The notes: a model not told the origin generated them from the sequence alone. A stretch of 64,000 bases of DNA from a virus (IMGVR_UViG_3300033067_001097:4410-68409), one strand, 5' to 3'. Shown: positions 35,924-46,751, counted from the stretch's first letter. Translations and numbers: made by a program.

Positions 35924-37117
35924 TTAAACCCCTTGTTGTAAAAGAATATTTAAATCTGCTTCTGGATAACACCAGAATTGATTGTAGTACGGACGCAACG
36001 CATCGTCTGTTAATAATTTAGGTATTGGTAATTTTGCTCCATCTCCATCCAATAATGCAGGTTTGCTTAAAGGACCACCTTTAGGATTTATAATTGGCCT
36101 TGTAGTTCTGGCAGATGGAGCTCCAGGCATTCCCGGAAAAGGCCCGGATGGAAGCTTCCCTAAATTTTCAATATAAAGATTATATTGATCTTGTGTCATT
36201 TCTTGTTTATTTCTTGGATATTCATTATATCCAGCATCTAATAATTCTACTAACCAGGTTTTGCCTGGGTCACGAGTGTAGGGATTGCCGAAGAAGCCAT
36301 AGCCTTCTGTAATACTATCTAAAAACTTTTGTTCATCTTTCTTTCTATCAATTGGAACGTATCTTCGTTTCGTACTACTCCAAGTACGAACTGATACTAA
36401 TGATTTAAATCTAATTTTATAATGCACTCGCCAATAAATTAATCCACCTAGTTGTTTCTGTGTTGCTTTCGGTGGGTATGATTGTGCCGTATATGGATAT
36501 TGTCCAAGAAACATTTTACTGTTTAATGCAAAAGCATATTGCTGAGCAATGACCGCATTGAAATTCAACTGGTTCCTTTGAAGACTTAAAACAGGCCGAG
36601 CGATGTCAACCATTGGCGGAGGGTCATAAAGATCCCCAGCAGAGTTAATGAATGGTCGAGAATTTAAATCTAATGGCAGTGCTTCTTTTGTAACTTCGAA
36701 ATCCCAATCAAGCACAGGAGGTTCTAACTCAGGATGGTTTGCAGTTCCATCTTTCTTTGATGGATATCCAAAGTCAGACTTTGTATTTCCAAGTTCTGTT
36801 GAATATTTAACAGTTACTAGCCAGTTTTGCCAATCCCCTTCATTCTCTTTCTTTGCAGAAATATTTGTAACTAGTGCACTGAGATCGTACTCGTAATTGC
36901 CAGCTGAAAAATACGGAGTGTACGGAGCAGGAATGCCAGGAGCCCGGCACACTGTTTCCGCACCTACCCGCTTATCCAAGACTCTCACTCGGAAAGTCTT
37001 GGTGTATTCCCGTTTGTAAATATCATCTGCATCAAAAATCGTACCTTCGTTAGAAGACATGATTTCATTTGCATATCCATTATATGGATAAGGAACTGTT
37101 TGATAAGTAAAAGACAT
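35924..37117 (-). CDS. Putative distal tail/hub protein
   Basis: Immediately after the tape measure gene. Confidence 0.55.
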   Translation of the reverse strand: MSFTYQTVPYPYNGYANEIMSSNEGTIFDADDIYKREYTKTFRVRVLDKRVGAETVCRAPGIPAPYTPYFSAGNYEYDLSALVTNISAKKENEGDWQNWLVTVKYSTELGNTKSDFGYPSKKDGTANHPELEPPVLDWDFEVTKEALPLDLNSRPFINSAGDLYDPPPMVDIARPVLSLQRNQLNFNAVIAQQYAFALNSKMFLGQYPYTAQSYPPKATQKQLGGLIYWRVHYKIRFKSLVSVRTWSSTKRRYVPIDRKKDEQKFLDSITEGYGFFGNPYTRDPGKTWLVELLDAGYNEYPRNKQEMTQDQYNLYIENLGKLPSGPFPGMPGAPSARTTRPIINPKGGPLSKPALLDGDGAKLPIPKLLTDDALRPYYNQFWCYPEADLNILLQQGV

Positions 37118-37120
37118 TGT

Positions 37121-39421
37121 TTAGAGTCCATTATCGTTTAAACTATAAGATTTTTTAAGAGCTTTCAATATTTCTTGTTCGGCCTTAAGCTGATTTTCTA
37201 AAACAATCTTAGCCGCTTCTATAGTAGCCAAAGTTCTTTCTTGAACATTCATTTGATTCATTGTTATATTAGCATTAATAATAGATTGTGCATCAGAAGT
37301 AGCATATGCAGCAGTATGAGGTTGTTTATCCATGAAGCCTTTCATGTCATTCTCTAACGAATGCATGAATTGAACTGCTCCGACTCCAAATGCATCCTTT
37401 CCAATTAGTGGAGCTCCGCCATCTGAAGGCTTAGCTGCCTGAATCAATCGTTTCATTCCAATATCAAATTTCTGGAATGGATGAACTCCTTCTTTTACTT
37501 CTTTACTTACTTTCTCGGCTAAGTCCTGAGTCTCTTTATCGAATCGCGGGCCACGTTCGTTAATTTTATCAGGATCGACGCCATTTCTATTTGAGTGTTT
37601 TCCATTAATCAAATCAGTAAAGAATCCATTTTTGTCACCACCACCATTACGACTACTCGGCCGGAAACTTCCACTACCGACTACTCCCCCAATAAAACCA
37701 TTGAGGGATTTTTGCATCTTATCAATACCTTGTATTTGAGGTATAGTTAATTTAGTATTTGTTATTTTTTCCAATATAGGCTTTGTGCCTAAAGTTGAAA
37801 AACTAATAAGTCCATTTAAAATACTAATTGCGGAGTTGGCAAAGAATAATATTGTTTTTGCCGCAACAGCTGTCATCACAGATACTAATCTAATTGCATC
37901 AATAAACATAGGTATAAAAACTTTAACATTTTCTGTTATTACAGACGCAAACTCGTTCCACGATGGCAGTGCACTCCATAGAGTTTGTGCAAATTTAACA
38001 ATATAATCACCAAATTCAATAAAAGTCTTACCTAATGGCTTAAATGCTTCAATTCCTCTATCTACCCATTGTTCAATTTTCTTCATGTCAATTGATTCAA
38101 GTGCTCTAAGAAATTTATTTAAAATTTCTGCAACATTGAATTTCTTTAAAAGCATTTCTCCAAATTTCTTTTGAAATGATTCTATCGTTTCTCCGATAGA
38201 TTCTAAAGCTCCGCCGACTGTAGTAGTGGCAATCTCTTTTGACTTACCATAAAGCTGTCCGCCTTTATCAGTTGCGTTATTTATAGCCCCTGCAACTTTA
38301 TCAGCCGTGATCTCATTCTGGCTCATCTTTCGTTTGAATACTTCTGGCTCCATGCCAAGGTTCTTGGCAAAGAATGCTGCACCATAACCCTGATTAGCAA
38401 ATTGATTTAATTCTTGTCCTCGTAAGTGCCCGACAGCCTTGACGTCTGCCATGGCCTTTGCAATTAGGTGAAACCTATTCATGTTACCACCAGACATATC
38501 ACCGATACGACTGAGGTAAGCAGGAAGGTTTTCTGGGCTAACGCCAGATCCAAGTAAAATTTCACCTTGTTTTAATAATTCAGTTGTGCGATAAGGAGAA
38601 TCAATGGCGATTTTTTCAATCTGACCGTATAACTTATCTCCCTTTTCCTTTCCACCTGACATAATCCGTAAGCTTGTGATCTGCTTTTCATGCTCAAGCC
38701 CAAGCTTTAAAGAAGTAGTCAAAAAGCTGTAGGCTGCACCGCCAATCTTCTCCATTAAGGCATAAGCAGTTTCCAGGTAAGCAACAAGGATCTTAGCTCC
38801 AGCAGCAAGAGCCAATCCGGCACCGGCACCGGCAACACCACCAGCAATAGCCAATCCAGAACCCGCTCCGCCAAGGGCTCCGCCAATAGCCGTACCAACT
38901 CGACCGCCGAAGAAGCCAGAGGCAAAGCCGAAACGTCCCCCTACCATCGTGCCGCTAATAAGACCACCGTATAAAGCAGACTTATTAGCAATAGTCGATT
39001 GAGCGTGTTCAGCTTTCTCTTGCTCCTTTCTAGCCTCACGATTTGCTTTTTCGACTGCCTTTAAATGATTCTTATTATCTCTTTCTTCTTGTTTTCGTAA
39101 AGCTGTCCGCCATTTGTACATCGCATCTTGGATTTTCTTTTCATTAGCAGCTGCTTTATTTTGCTCTTGTTCGATTTCTTTGTATGATTGTTTTAATACA
39201 CGTAAATTTTCATTAGTAACTGGCAACCCCATGTTGAGCAACGCAGCTGAAAATCTTTGTGCAGATTGAGTAATTCTAGTAAAACCATTACTTAAATTTG
39301 TAGCATTGGCATTAACACCTCTTTCCATTTCCCGCATGCGTTGTTCAACACGTTTTACAGCAGCTTCAAATTTAGAAGCATCACCTGCAATACTGATGTT
39401 AATGCCTTCTACTTCAATCAT
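37121..39421 (-). CDS. Tail tape measure protein
   Basis: ISIAGDASKF N-terminus, Gly/Ala hydrophobic stretch, tape-measure motif GQELNQF; follows the chaperones. Confidence 0.9.
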   Translation of the reverse strand: MIEVEGINISIAGDASKFEAAVKRVEQRMREMERGVNANATNLSNGFTRITQSAQRFSAALLNMGLPVTNENLRVLKQSYKEIEQEQNKAAANEKKIQDAMYKWRTALRKQEERDNKNHLKAVEKANREARKEQEKAEHAQSTIANKSALYGGLISGTMVGGRFGFASGFFGGRVGTAIGGALGGAGSGLAIAGGVAGAGAGLALAAGAKILVAYLETAYALMEKIGGAAYSFLTTSLKLGLEHEKQITSLRIMSGGKEKGDKLYGQIEKIAIDSPYRTTELLKQGEILLGSGVSPENLPAYLSRIGDMSGGNMNRFHLIAKAMADVKAVGHLRGQELNQFANQGYGAAFFAKNLGMEPEVFKRKMSQNEITADKVAGAINNATDKGGQLYGKSKEIATTTVGGALESIGETIESFQKKFGEMLLKKFNVAEILNKFLRALESIDMKKIEQWVDRGIEAFKPLGKTFIEFGDYIVKFAQTLWSALPSWNEFASVITENVKVFIPMFIDAIRLVSVMTAVAAKTILFFANSAISILNGLISFSTLGTKPILEKITNTKLTIPQIQGIDKMQKSLNGFIGGVVGSGSFRPSSRNGGGDKNGFFTDLINGKHSNRNGVDPDKINERGPRFDKETQDLAEKVSKEVKEGVHPFQKFDIGMKRLIQAAKPSDGGAPLIGKDAFGVGAVQFMHSLENDMKGFMDKQPHTAAYATSDAQSIINANITMNQMNVQERTLATIEAAKIVLENQLKAEQEILKALKKSYSLNDNGL

Positions 39422-40196
39422 TTTATACCATGCTTTCTTTTAATCTCACCGTAATTCATTCCAAGCATCATACCTATATAGGCTTTTTCTGCTTCCATCT
39501 TGGCATTCACAGTTTCCTCTTCCGTCATCCCATCTTCATCATTTTCTATAAGTTCTGGTTTATTATAACCTTTATCTTTCTTTTCTAATTCAATCCAAAA
39601 ATCTTTTGGTTTGTGTGGATTTTTTCCACCTAATATAAACTTAAGATCATATATATAATAGCAAAGATGAGCGAAATACCACAAGGTTAATCCTCGGACA
39701 TCTCGCTCATCTTGTGTTTCCTTCTGAATGAACTCTTTCCAAGACAAGAATTCATCATAAGTCATTGTCTCTTTTAATTCTTGTACAGACTTACCTCCCC
39801 CAACTGCTTTGACGATATGATGCCATAAATAATCTTCGTCAGTTAATCTTTTTTTTCAGTGGGGAAGTTGTGCTGGTCGGCGAGCTCGTACGCACTTGAT
39901 ACGGCATCTTCAGTCCAACCATTAAAATGACTGACTGGCAATTCCTTGTACTCATGATCAACAACTGCAAGACTCAAAAGAGTCTCTTTCATGTTCTTGG
40001 TAGTCTTTGGAATCCAGGTAGGTTTGCCATCAGCTCCCTTTTCTGAATTATCTCGGACGTACTCAATCCATTCATTGACCTGAGCACAAGTCATCTTAAT
40101 AACGAAGTACGATTTAATCCCATCGTCTGTGTCCAGATCAAAAGGAATAGAACCGTACTTTCGTTTGGAAGAAAAAACCTTACGTTCGCCAGCCAT
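39418..40196 (-). CDS. Tail assembly chaperone G (40196-39843) and G-T extension via -1 frameshift (to 39418)
   Basis: GAA AAA AAA GAT TAA at 39849-39856; -1 frame open RLTDEDYLWHHIVKAVGGGKSVQELKETMTYDEF, in frame with ORF 39418-39765. Confidence 0.82.
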
Positions 40197-40209
40197 CGAA
40201 AATCACCTA

Positions 40210-40644
40210 TTAGGGAATAGTGTAAGTCGGAGCAGTCTCGGCAAGAGTCGTCGGATTTTCCATCGTCGGATGGATCGTGATGCTTGCCGTAGGCTGAGTT
40301 CCTGGAGTCAATTCACCAGGGGCAAACTTCATGATAGCCCCGTAGAAGGTCCACGTAAACCCGTCAGGCCAAGTAAATGTTATTAATTGATTCAGTCCGA
40401 CAAAAGTAATTGCATCAACCATCGCATCCGAATTATAACTTGCCATCAAAGTAAAGTCAGTGATGCTAAGTAACTTCGGAGTTGTGAAGGTATGATACTT
40501 AGTGTTTGCCAGCAAAGTGGTCTGGATAGCGGAACCCGCATCAACACCAGGAGGAGACATCTGCTTAACATAAAACTTAACAGATGGATAACTTGTGAAA
40601 GTTATCGTTGCACCTACGGATTCACTTAATCGTTTAGTTGCCAT
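40210..40644 (-). CDS. Major tail tube protein
   Basis: 144 aa upstream of the chaperones; ITFTWPDGFTWTFYG. Confidence 0.75.
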   Translation of the reverse strand: MATKRLSESVGATITFTSYPSVKFYVKQMSPPGVDAGSAIQTTLLANTKYHTFTTPKLLSITDFTLMASYNSDAMVDAITFVGLNQLITFTWPDGFTWTFYGAIMKFAPGELTPGTQPTASITIHPTMENPTTLAETAPTYTIP

Positions 40645-40663
40645 TTGTATATTCTCCTATTTA

Positions 40664-41287
40664 TTAGTTAGCGAACATTGCATTCACAAGAATGTTCTGA
40701 TTGGAGGTAGTGTCATCATGACTGATTTTAATAGTTACAATTTGATTAACAACTAACAGAGGCTTTCCTCCAATTCCAGTATCCCAAACGTAATCGTTAA
40801 CTCCATCAAGAGTGACAAAAGGCCAAGCTACTTCCGTAGATGTGTCACTGATAAAGTGGATAATGGATCGAACGGGATACGGAAACTTCTGGCTTGAAGC
40901 CACCAATGCTTGAATATCCGCCCACACAAAAAAGAAGTTGAAGGACTGCGGAACCATTGCCGTAACAACAGTAGACGCTGGTGGGATTGCTGAGCCAGTG
41001 CCACCAGTAAACGGCACAGTTTGGCCAGAAACAGTACCTGCCGTGCAGTTGTAGCGGTAACCGCCAGCCCAGTACAAATCGAACTTGGCAGCGGTAGTGA
41101 TACCGTGACCAGATGCCATTGTCAGCGTTGCTGTATTCGCATCTGTGTAAGTGGTCAAAGTCCCTGATTTCGGTGCGGTGACCGTAGGAGACTGCTGGAT
41201 AATTCCATCAGTTGCAGAAGTAAACGTATTTTTGTACGAAACTCCATCCATTGCTATAGTTTGCGTTCGACTATAATTGACTGCCAT
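40664..41287 (-). CDS. Putative virion structural protein
   Basis: Thr/Gly-rich; between tail terminator and tube. Confidence 0.5.
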   Translation of the reverse strand: MAVNYSRTQTIAMDGVSYKNTFTSATDGIIQQSPTVTAPKSGTLTTYTDANTATLTMASGHGITTAAKFDLYWAGGYRYNCTAGTVSGQTVPFTGGTGSAIPPASTVVTAMVPQSFNFFFVWADIQALVASSQKFPYPVRSIIHFISDTSTEVAWPFVTLDGVNDYVWDTGIGGKPLLVVNQIVTIKISHDDTTSNQNILVNAMFAN

Positions 41288-41739
41288 TACAGTAGACTCC
41301 CTATTTGAATCGAAAGTAGTCCAGAAAACTGAAACAGTTTTCTATTATTTTTTGTTTCATTTCCAAAGAAATGAATACCAGAAGATATTATAAATGAATC
41401 TAATGTCAATTGATAATCATCTCCTGTAAACATGGGAGTTCTAATTGCAGCACAAATAAAACTCTCAAGTTCTTCGCCTTTTTGCCAACCATCAGGATAT
41501 TTCAATGATCTGATTGTCACTGAAATACCAAAATGCTTTATCGGCTCTCCAGTTGCGAGAATGTATCCGTCAACAAATGGAGAAGTATCATATATAGCTA
41601 TGGTATTATCAGGATTATCAGTTAATCCACCAGCTGTACAAAACCAATCTTTTTTGCAGTCTGAAGATACAAGCTTTTCAGACAGCAACATATTTAAAAG
41701 AATCTCAGATGGAGCCTTCGGTATCTTGAATGTTTTCAT
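41287..41739 (-). CDS. Tail terminator/completion protein
   Basis: Neck-module position; IAIYDT...ISVTIRS...GWQK. Confidence 0.6.
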   Translation of the reverse strand: MKTFKIPKAPSEILLNMLLSEKLVSSDCKKDWFCTAGGLTDNPDNTIAIYDTSPFVDGYILATGEPIKHFGISVTIRSLKYPDGWQKGEELESFICAAIRTPMFTGDDYQLTLDSFIISSGIHFFGNETKNNRKLFQFSGLLSIQIGSLL

Positions 41740-42263
41740 TACTTGCCGTGTGTCTGGTAGGCCACATTGGTCCCACTGCCAGTCATAAATTTTGTTGCAT
41801 GGTGAGTATCTGTCACCAGGGTATAGCCAGTGCCTCCGGGTTTTCCAGCAGCTACAGCAGCAGCTTCAGCTGCCTTGCTTCTACCTGCCATCAATTCGCT
41901 GGCAACAATAGATGCCATGGTTCCTGCTCGATCCCTTGCTGCTTTTTCAAGGAACTTGGCACAGGTAGGAGGCTTGTGAAATGCTTGTAGGTTTTCATGA
42001 ACGTACAAAGCATAGTAGGTTTCTCTTGTTCCACCAAAAACTACTCTGGCCCTTGAACCTTTGCCAGTTCCAGACACTTCCACACGTCCGCTTCTTTTCA
42101 ATGCTTCTGTATCAACAGGCACCCACTGTAATGCTTTTTTCAAAATAACATTAGCACATTTTTCTAAACCTGTACTAATATTAGCTTTGATATCTAATGC
42201 TTTTTTTCCGATGACTTTACTGGAAGTCTCGATGCCAGTAACTGCGGGTGGTTCGTATGGCAT
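41739..42263 (-). CDS. HK97 gp10-like tail completion protein
   Basis: VPVDTEALKRS, YALYVHE, KFLEKAA. Confidence 0.75.
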   Translation of the reverse strand: MPYEPPAVTGIETSSKVIGKKALDIKANISTGLEKCANVILKKALQWVPVDTEALKRSGRVEVSGTGKGSRARVVFGGTRETYYALYVHENLQAFHKPPTCAKFLEKAARDRAGTMASIVASELMAGRSKAAEAAAVAAGKPGGTGYTLVTDTHHATKFMTGSGTNVAYQTHGK

Positions 42264-42646
42264 TATGTAAAACTCACAAAAAGAGTTTCAAACCCTCTAG
42301 AGTTTGGCATATTGTAATTTTTCCGTATTTCATTAGCATCATTTAAATACGGATTAACTAAATTACTTTGATCCAATGCTTTTATTAGGTTCCCTGGAAT
42401 CCGCTTTCTCCAGAGAGTCTTGTCTGACCAAATCGCATCCTTTTCATTCATCAAGAATTCAGTGTAGATGCGAGCATTGGTTTCGAGTCTGCGGCCTTCC
42501 CTGTCAAATACTTCGTGTACGTGATCCTCGATACGGCAACGGATTTCTACTGGACTGGCATAGGTTGGTTCTCCATTGGAATCCGTACCCATGCACTTCC
42601 AGTAAACTGCCGTGTGTATCAGAATAACTCTAATTTCTCTTGACAT
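42263..42646 (-). CDS. Head closure/stopper protein
   Basis: AVYWKC..TDSNGEPTY..PVEIRCRIE; position. Confidence 0.65.
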   Translation of the reverse strand: MSREIRVILIHTAVYWKCMGTDSNGEPTYASPVEIRCRIEDHVHEVFDREGRRLETNARIYTEFLMNEKDAIWSDKTLWRKRIPGNLIKALDQSNLVNPYLNDANEIRKNYNMPNSRGFETLFVSFT

Positions 42647-43077
42647 TAGTATGGAGGATACACATAGTAAGGAACATCATTGTCAGCGTTTCCGCCAACA
42701 AACAATACTGATGGTTTACGAACTTTCTTTTGTTCGATTAACACATTAAGGTTCGCAAGTTCTCCATAACCTGCAAGGAGCATAGCTTGCTGCCCGTATC
42801 GAGTCAGATTAAAACCAAACCCAACACGAGATTCATAGCTAGCCTGTACCGATGAAATGGTGGATTGAGTCTTTCTTGGAGAGTTGACACAACAAAAGTG
42901 TGCAGCTAGCCAAGTCTCAATCACAGTCAAATCACTGGCACTATAACTGGAATTGATTGCTACGTATTTAGTAACAATCATATTCGCAGTCATAAGAAAA
43001 GTATCATAATTGACGATGTCGTAATCATCTTCAAATATGATACTTTTAACAAGATCTTCTGACGTTCTGTACGCCAT
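42646..43077 (-). CDS. Head-tail adaptor
   Basis: WLAAHF, TRYGQQA; position. Confidence 0.68.
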   Translation of the reverse strand: MAYRTSEDLVKSIIFEDDYDIVNYDTFLMTANMIVTKYVAINSSYSASDLTVIETWLAAHFCCVNSPRKTQSTISSVQASYESRVGFGFNLTRYGQQAMLLAGYGELANLNVLIEQKKVRKPSVLFVGGNADNDVPYYVYPPY

Positions 43078-43079
43078 GA

Positions 43080-43535
43080 TTACTCAGTGGGTTGCATTTT
43101 CTTCAGGCTCTTTCGAGCTGAAACTTCACTCACGTTCTTTTTCATGACTTCGCCTTCAGGACCAATCACCGTGTACAAATTATCCTTGGCGAATACCTTG
43201 CACTTGGTTCCCTTCGATTCCTCGAAGCTCTTGGTCACTTCCGTTCCGAAGTCCTCATCATCACCAGAAGCAGTTTCTTCTTCTTTGCCTTCGTCTTCCG
43301 ATTCAGGCTCAGGAGCAGGTTCCTCAACAGGCGGTTTGTATTCGATTTCATTAAGAATCTCGAATTTGTTTACAAACCTTTCTAAGAGTTCCTTTGCTTC
43401 GGCAACACCCACGAAGAGAATATTGTTCTCTTCGTGAGCTTTGTAAACGACTTCGACTTCCTTGCCGTTCTTCATTTCTTTATTGATAAATGTTCCGGCT
43501 TTCACGCGAACCGGAATTGCTTTCTTAGCTGCCAT
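43080..43535 (-). CDS. Hypothetical acidic protein after capsid gene
   Basis: AAAAGGTGA RBS; position. Confidence 0.6.
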   Translation of the reverse strand: MAAKKAIPVRVKAGTFINKEMKNGKEVEVVYKAHEENNILFVGVAEAKELLERFVNKFEILNEIEYKPPVEEPAPEPESEDEGKEEETASGDDEDFGTEVTKSFEESKGTKCKVFAKDNLYTVIGPEGEVMKKNVSEVSARKSLKKMQPTE

Positions 43536-43587
43536 GATTGAAAATCACCTTTTTCTAAATACAGTTAGAGTATTTGAATAAAAAATA

Positions 43588-44670
43588 TTACGAACCGTGA
43601 ACAATACCACAGTTGCCGTACTTGTCACTACGCAGCCAAGGAACCAAGATCGCGAAGACCTTGAAGAAGACTTCGAAGCCGCCAGACCCTTCCCACTGGA
43701 TCATAGTGGGCATCGAGCCCTTGATCATCTGAATGTTATTGGCATCCATCTGGACCAGAACGAGCTGGTAGCCAGTCAGATAATCCAAGGTAACAATATC
43801 AGTGATACCTTCGATTTCTTTAAGACGCGTGCGAAGCGTCTTGTTCGCGTAGTAGCCGCTCACATCCCGGTCGAGATATTGAGCAAAGTTCAGCGAAGCA
43901 TACAGCTTCCAGGGGCCGAAGTTGTAATGGTTCCGCGAAGCCAGTTGCATCGCGAGAACATCCGCGATCGTGTTGGCTGGAGTCCAACCACCACCAGTAG
44001 GATTGGTAATCGAGTAAGTGATCCGGTTCGGGTAGTTAGTGATACCGTAAACGTTATCGCCACCAGAACTATAACCAATGGTACCGATTGCCAGTTGTTC
44101 AGCAATTTCAGCAACCCGGCGAGCTGCCAGCTGAGCAGTAACCACATCCAAAGGCTGGCCACCACGACGCGAAGTTTCAAGTTCGCGAATGTTGTAGCTA
44201 AAATCCTTGTGGATGATCGGAATCGGCAGATTGACCAGACTGAAGGTAGGCCGGTCACGTTCCGAACGACGAACACCGTCAAGAGACAGAGTCGCTTCGG
44301 TGATGTCCGACTGCTGTTGATACTGGATCGTAGTCGTACCCATCGGATTGGGCAGACTGTACGGGACTTCTTGCAGAAGATCTGCAACCAGCTTCAATCG
44401 GGGCTTTGCAGCCGGGATGATAGCCTTGTCCAGAAGTTCCCATTCCAGCTTTCGCAGGGTTCCATCGTTGTCGATGAAAGTCTTCTTTTCCCCATTGACA
44501 ATACGATCGTGATAGGAACGACCGTCATTAGCAATGTAAGGACGAAGAATATTATGATCAAAATCAGATTGCAGTAGCTTTTTAGCTACGCTCTGCCCAA
44601 ATGCTCCGCCATTCGCAAAAACCGAATTGGCAAGAGAGATCTGGGGAGGACTTTCAGTCATTGTTGCCAT
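43588..44670 (-). CDS. Major capsid protein (HK97 fold, encapsulin/linocin-like family)
   Basis: 360 aa; DFSYNIREL..SRRGGQPLD...AARRVAE; follows protease and decoration genes. Confidence 0.85.
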   Translation of the reverse strand: MATMTESPPQISLANSVFANGGAFGQSVAKKLLQSDFDHNILRPYIANDGRSYHDRIVNGEKKTFIDNDGTLRKLEWELLDKAIIPAAKPRLKLVADLLQEVPYSLPNPMGTTTIQYQQQSDITEATLSLDGVRRSERDRPTFSLVNLPIPIIHKDFSYNIRELETSRRGGQPLDVVTAQLAARRVAEIAEQLAIGTIGYSSGGDNVYGITNYPNRITYSITNPTGGGWTPANTIADVLAMQLASRNHYNFGPWKLYASLNFAQYLDRDVSGYYANKTLRTRLKEIEGITDIVTLDYLTGYQLVLVQMDANNIQMIKGSMPTMIQWEGSGGFEVFFKVFAILVPWLRSDKYGNCGIVHGS

Positions 44671-44703
44671 TTGTAGGTATCTCCTTTTTAGATTATTATT
44701 TGA

Positions 44704-45174
44704 TTACACTGCGGTAGCAGCAACGCGACGGGCCTTGATCCACACCAGAGAACCGCCAGCGGAGTTGTCCTTGGCTTCTTCAGCCATGAAAAACACCTTA
44801 TCAGTAGACGTTGCTTTCTTGAACGTGCCATCGCCAGCGGAGCCAAGCGGATCGTTATAAGCGATCGCAACAGCACCAGCAGCAACAGCGATGTAGCACC
44901 AGTCGCCAGTTTCGGGCAGGTAGAAACGGCAGCGAGTGCCGACAGCGTAAGTGTCAGAAATCAACTTACCGTAAATAGAGTTTTCGATAGCAATTGCAAC
45001 TTCGCCAGCACCACCAGCGGTACTATGAACTGCAACGTTGCTGACAGTGCCAACGCCAGCGGCAGAAGTCCGCTTGATGAGCATGCCGGGAGTAATGGCA
45101 GAGACAGTAACGATGCCTTCATCGTAATGCTCCCCAATCTCACCCTTTAGAACAATCGTATTCGGATTAGCCAT
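44704..45174 (-). CDS. Head decoration protein
   Basis: ITPGMLI...; between protease and capsid. Confidence 0.65.
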   Translation of the reverse strand: MANPNTIVLKGEIGEHYDEGIVTVSAITPGMLIKRTSAAGVGTVSNVAVHSTAGGAGEVAIAIENSIYGKLISDTYAVGTRCRFYLPETGDWCYIAVAAGAVAIAYNDPLGSAGDGTFKKATSTDKVFFMAEEAKDNSAGGSLVWIKARRVAATAV

Positions 45175-45189
45175 TAGTATAATCTCCTA

Positions 45190-46692
45190 TTAGTTGGATT
45201 TCTTACCGAACCATTTTTCGATATCGTTTTCTTTTTCATTCAAAAGAGTATCTTTAACTTCGGCTGTCACACCAACAGGGAAGTCCATTCCCGTAGCAGC
45301 ACCAGCGTACGAACCACCATTCATGACGCTGAGGGGATTCGTATTGATAACAGCAGGGGCCTTGGCCAGATTGGCGATAGCCTTCAGGTTATCGACATTA
45401 AAACCGTCAAGTTGCTCTTTGGTGAAAACGTTATTTTTGTTTGCAAGAATCTGATCAATCAGGTTCTTCTTGTTTTCGATGTACGTTTTCTTCATTTCAT
45501 TCATGATCGATTGACTTTCGGTATCGAGAGTCTTCATCAGATCATCGAACGATTGGGCAGTCTTAGCCTGAGCAGATTCAGCCACTGTTACGGTCGTTTC
45601 TTTTTCTTTGTTAACCACCGGAGCTGGCGTTGCTTCTTTTGCCGGGGTGGTGAGAATAGCGGTGATTTTGGGGAGCAGCGAATGCGGCGTTCCCATCAGA
45701 GTTTCGCGATCTTCTTCGGTGAACTTACCCGAAGCAATCATTTGATTAACGATTTTAGACTTTTCTTCATTAGTCATCGTTTTATCCTTAGTAGAAATAG
45801 GTTCATAAGTTACAGTTTGTTTTACTTGGACTGCTTCTCCGGATAATGAAACACCAGAAGAATCAGTTTTGTAACTGATCTTATATAATTTACCGTCCTC
45901 ATTTCGGAAAACAACATTGGTTTGAAATATTTCGTAAAGATAACCATTCCAATATTTGCCTGGTTGTCCGTACTTTGAACTTAATTGAGAATTGAGATTA
46001 GAAGCAATATCGTCAAACGATAGTTCACTTCCATTATAAATTCCGCCAATTTTGGACAAAGCATTCTGAACAGCCTTGCTCAGAGGTTCCGAAAATCCTT
46101 GCGGTAACTTGCCTTGATTGACAAGAAGCCCAGCACCGTCACTTAAGCTGCAAGCTCCGATTTGATCCGGGAGAATCGCCAAGTGATCAGGTTCAAAGTT
46201 GGTAACAATGAAATCGTACTTTTCTGAATTCCAAATTCCGGAAGTTTCTACAACCGTAGCATCCAGGCCAGTAGAAACTTCCATAGGAGTATTGTTATTC
46301 AAAGCTTCATAAATACGATTATCGATTTGCTTTACTCGGTTCTCAACGAACCAAGCTTCAGTGTCCAAATACTTACCGCCATCATTTGCTTTGGTATTAA
46401 GCAAGATGCCGATCTTGGAAGCATTCAGAACACCAGCTGAAGACCGAGCTGAGATGTAAGCACCAGAAGAATCCTTTGGGTGTCCAACCATGATAGGCAT
46501 GTGGTTCCACACCGAAGGATTTGATGCGATCTCTTCCTTTGGATAGTACCCAGGACCTTTGCTTCCGTTGTGCACACCTTCCACGAGCATTCGGCAGGGA
46601 GCTACCAAACACTTCTGACCTTCTAGATATTCAACTCGTACCTTGCTGCTAGATTCTAGCCGTAAGGTGTAATTGACAAATTTCTTTACCAT
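45190..46692 (-). CDS. Prohead protease/scaffold (DUF2213-like)
   Basis: PIMVGHP, EVSTGL, PDHLAIL..GACS; charged C-terminal scaffold. Confidence 0.8.
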   Translation of the reverse strand: MVKKFVNYTLRLESSSKVRVEYLEGQKCLVAPCRMLVEGVHNGSKGPGYYPKEEIASNPSVWNHMPIMVGHPKDSSGAYISARSSAGVLNASKIGILLNTKANDGGKYLDTEAWFVENRVKQIDNRIYEALNNNTPMEVSTGLDATVVETSGIWNSEKYDFIVTNFEPDHLAILPDQIGACSLSDGAGLLVNQGKLPQGFSEPLSKAVQNALSKIGGIYNGSELSFDDIASNLNSQLSSKYGQPGKYWNGYLYEIFQTNVVFRNEDGKLYKISYKTDSSGVSLSGEAVQVKQTVTYEPISTKDKTMTNEEKSKIVNQMIASGKFTEEDRETLMGTPHSLLPKITAILTTPAKEATPAPVVNKEKETTVTVAESAQAKTAQSFDDLMKTLDTESQSIMNEMKKTYIENKKNLIDQILANKNNVFTKEQLDGFNVDNLKAIANLAKAPAVINTNPLSVMNGGSYAGAATGMDFPVGVTAEVKDTLLNEKENDIEKWFGKKSN

Positions 46693-46703
46693 ATTTTAAT
46701 CCT

Positions 46704-46735
46704 AAAAAATCCAGGAGATTTTAATTCTCCTGGAT
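46704..46735 (-). terminator. Intrinsic terminator immediately upstream of the protease RBS
   Basis: ATCCAGGAGA/TCTCCTGGAT 10-bp stem then TTTTT on the - strand. Confidence 0.65.
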
Positions 46736-46751
46736 ATCTTATCAAGAACTT

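Noticed and set aside
43597-44577. 326-aa antisense ORF over the capsid gene
   Set aside because: Shadow frame from biased codon usage; no motifs.
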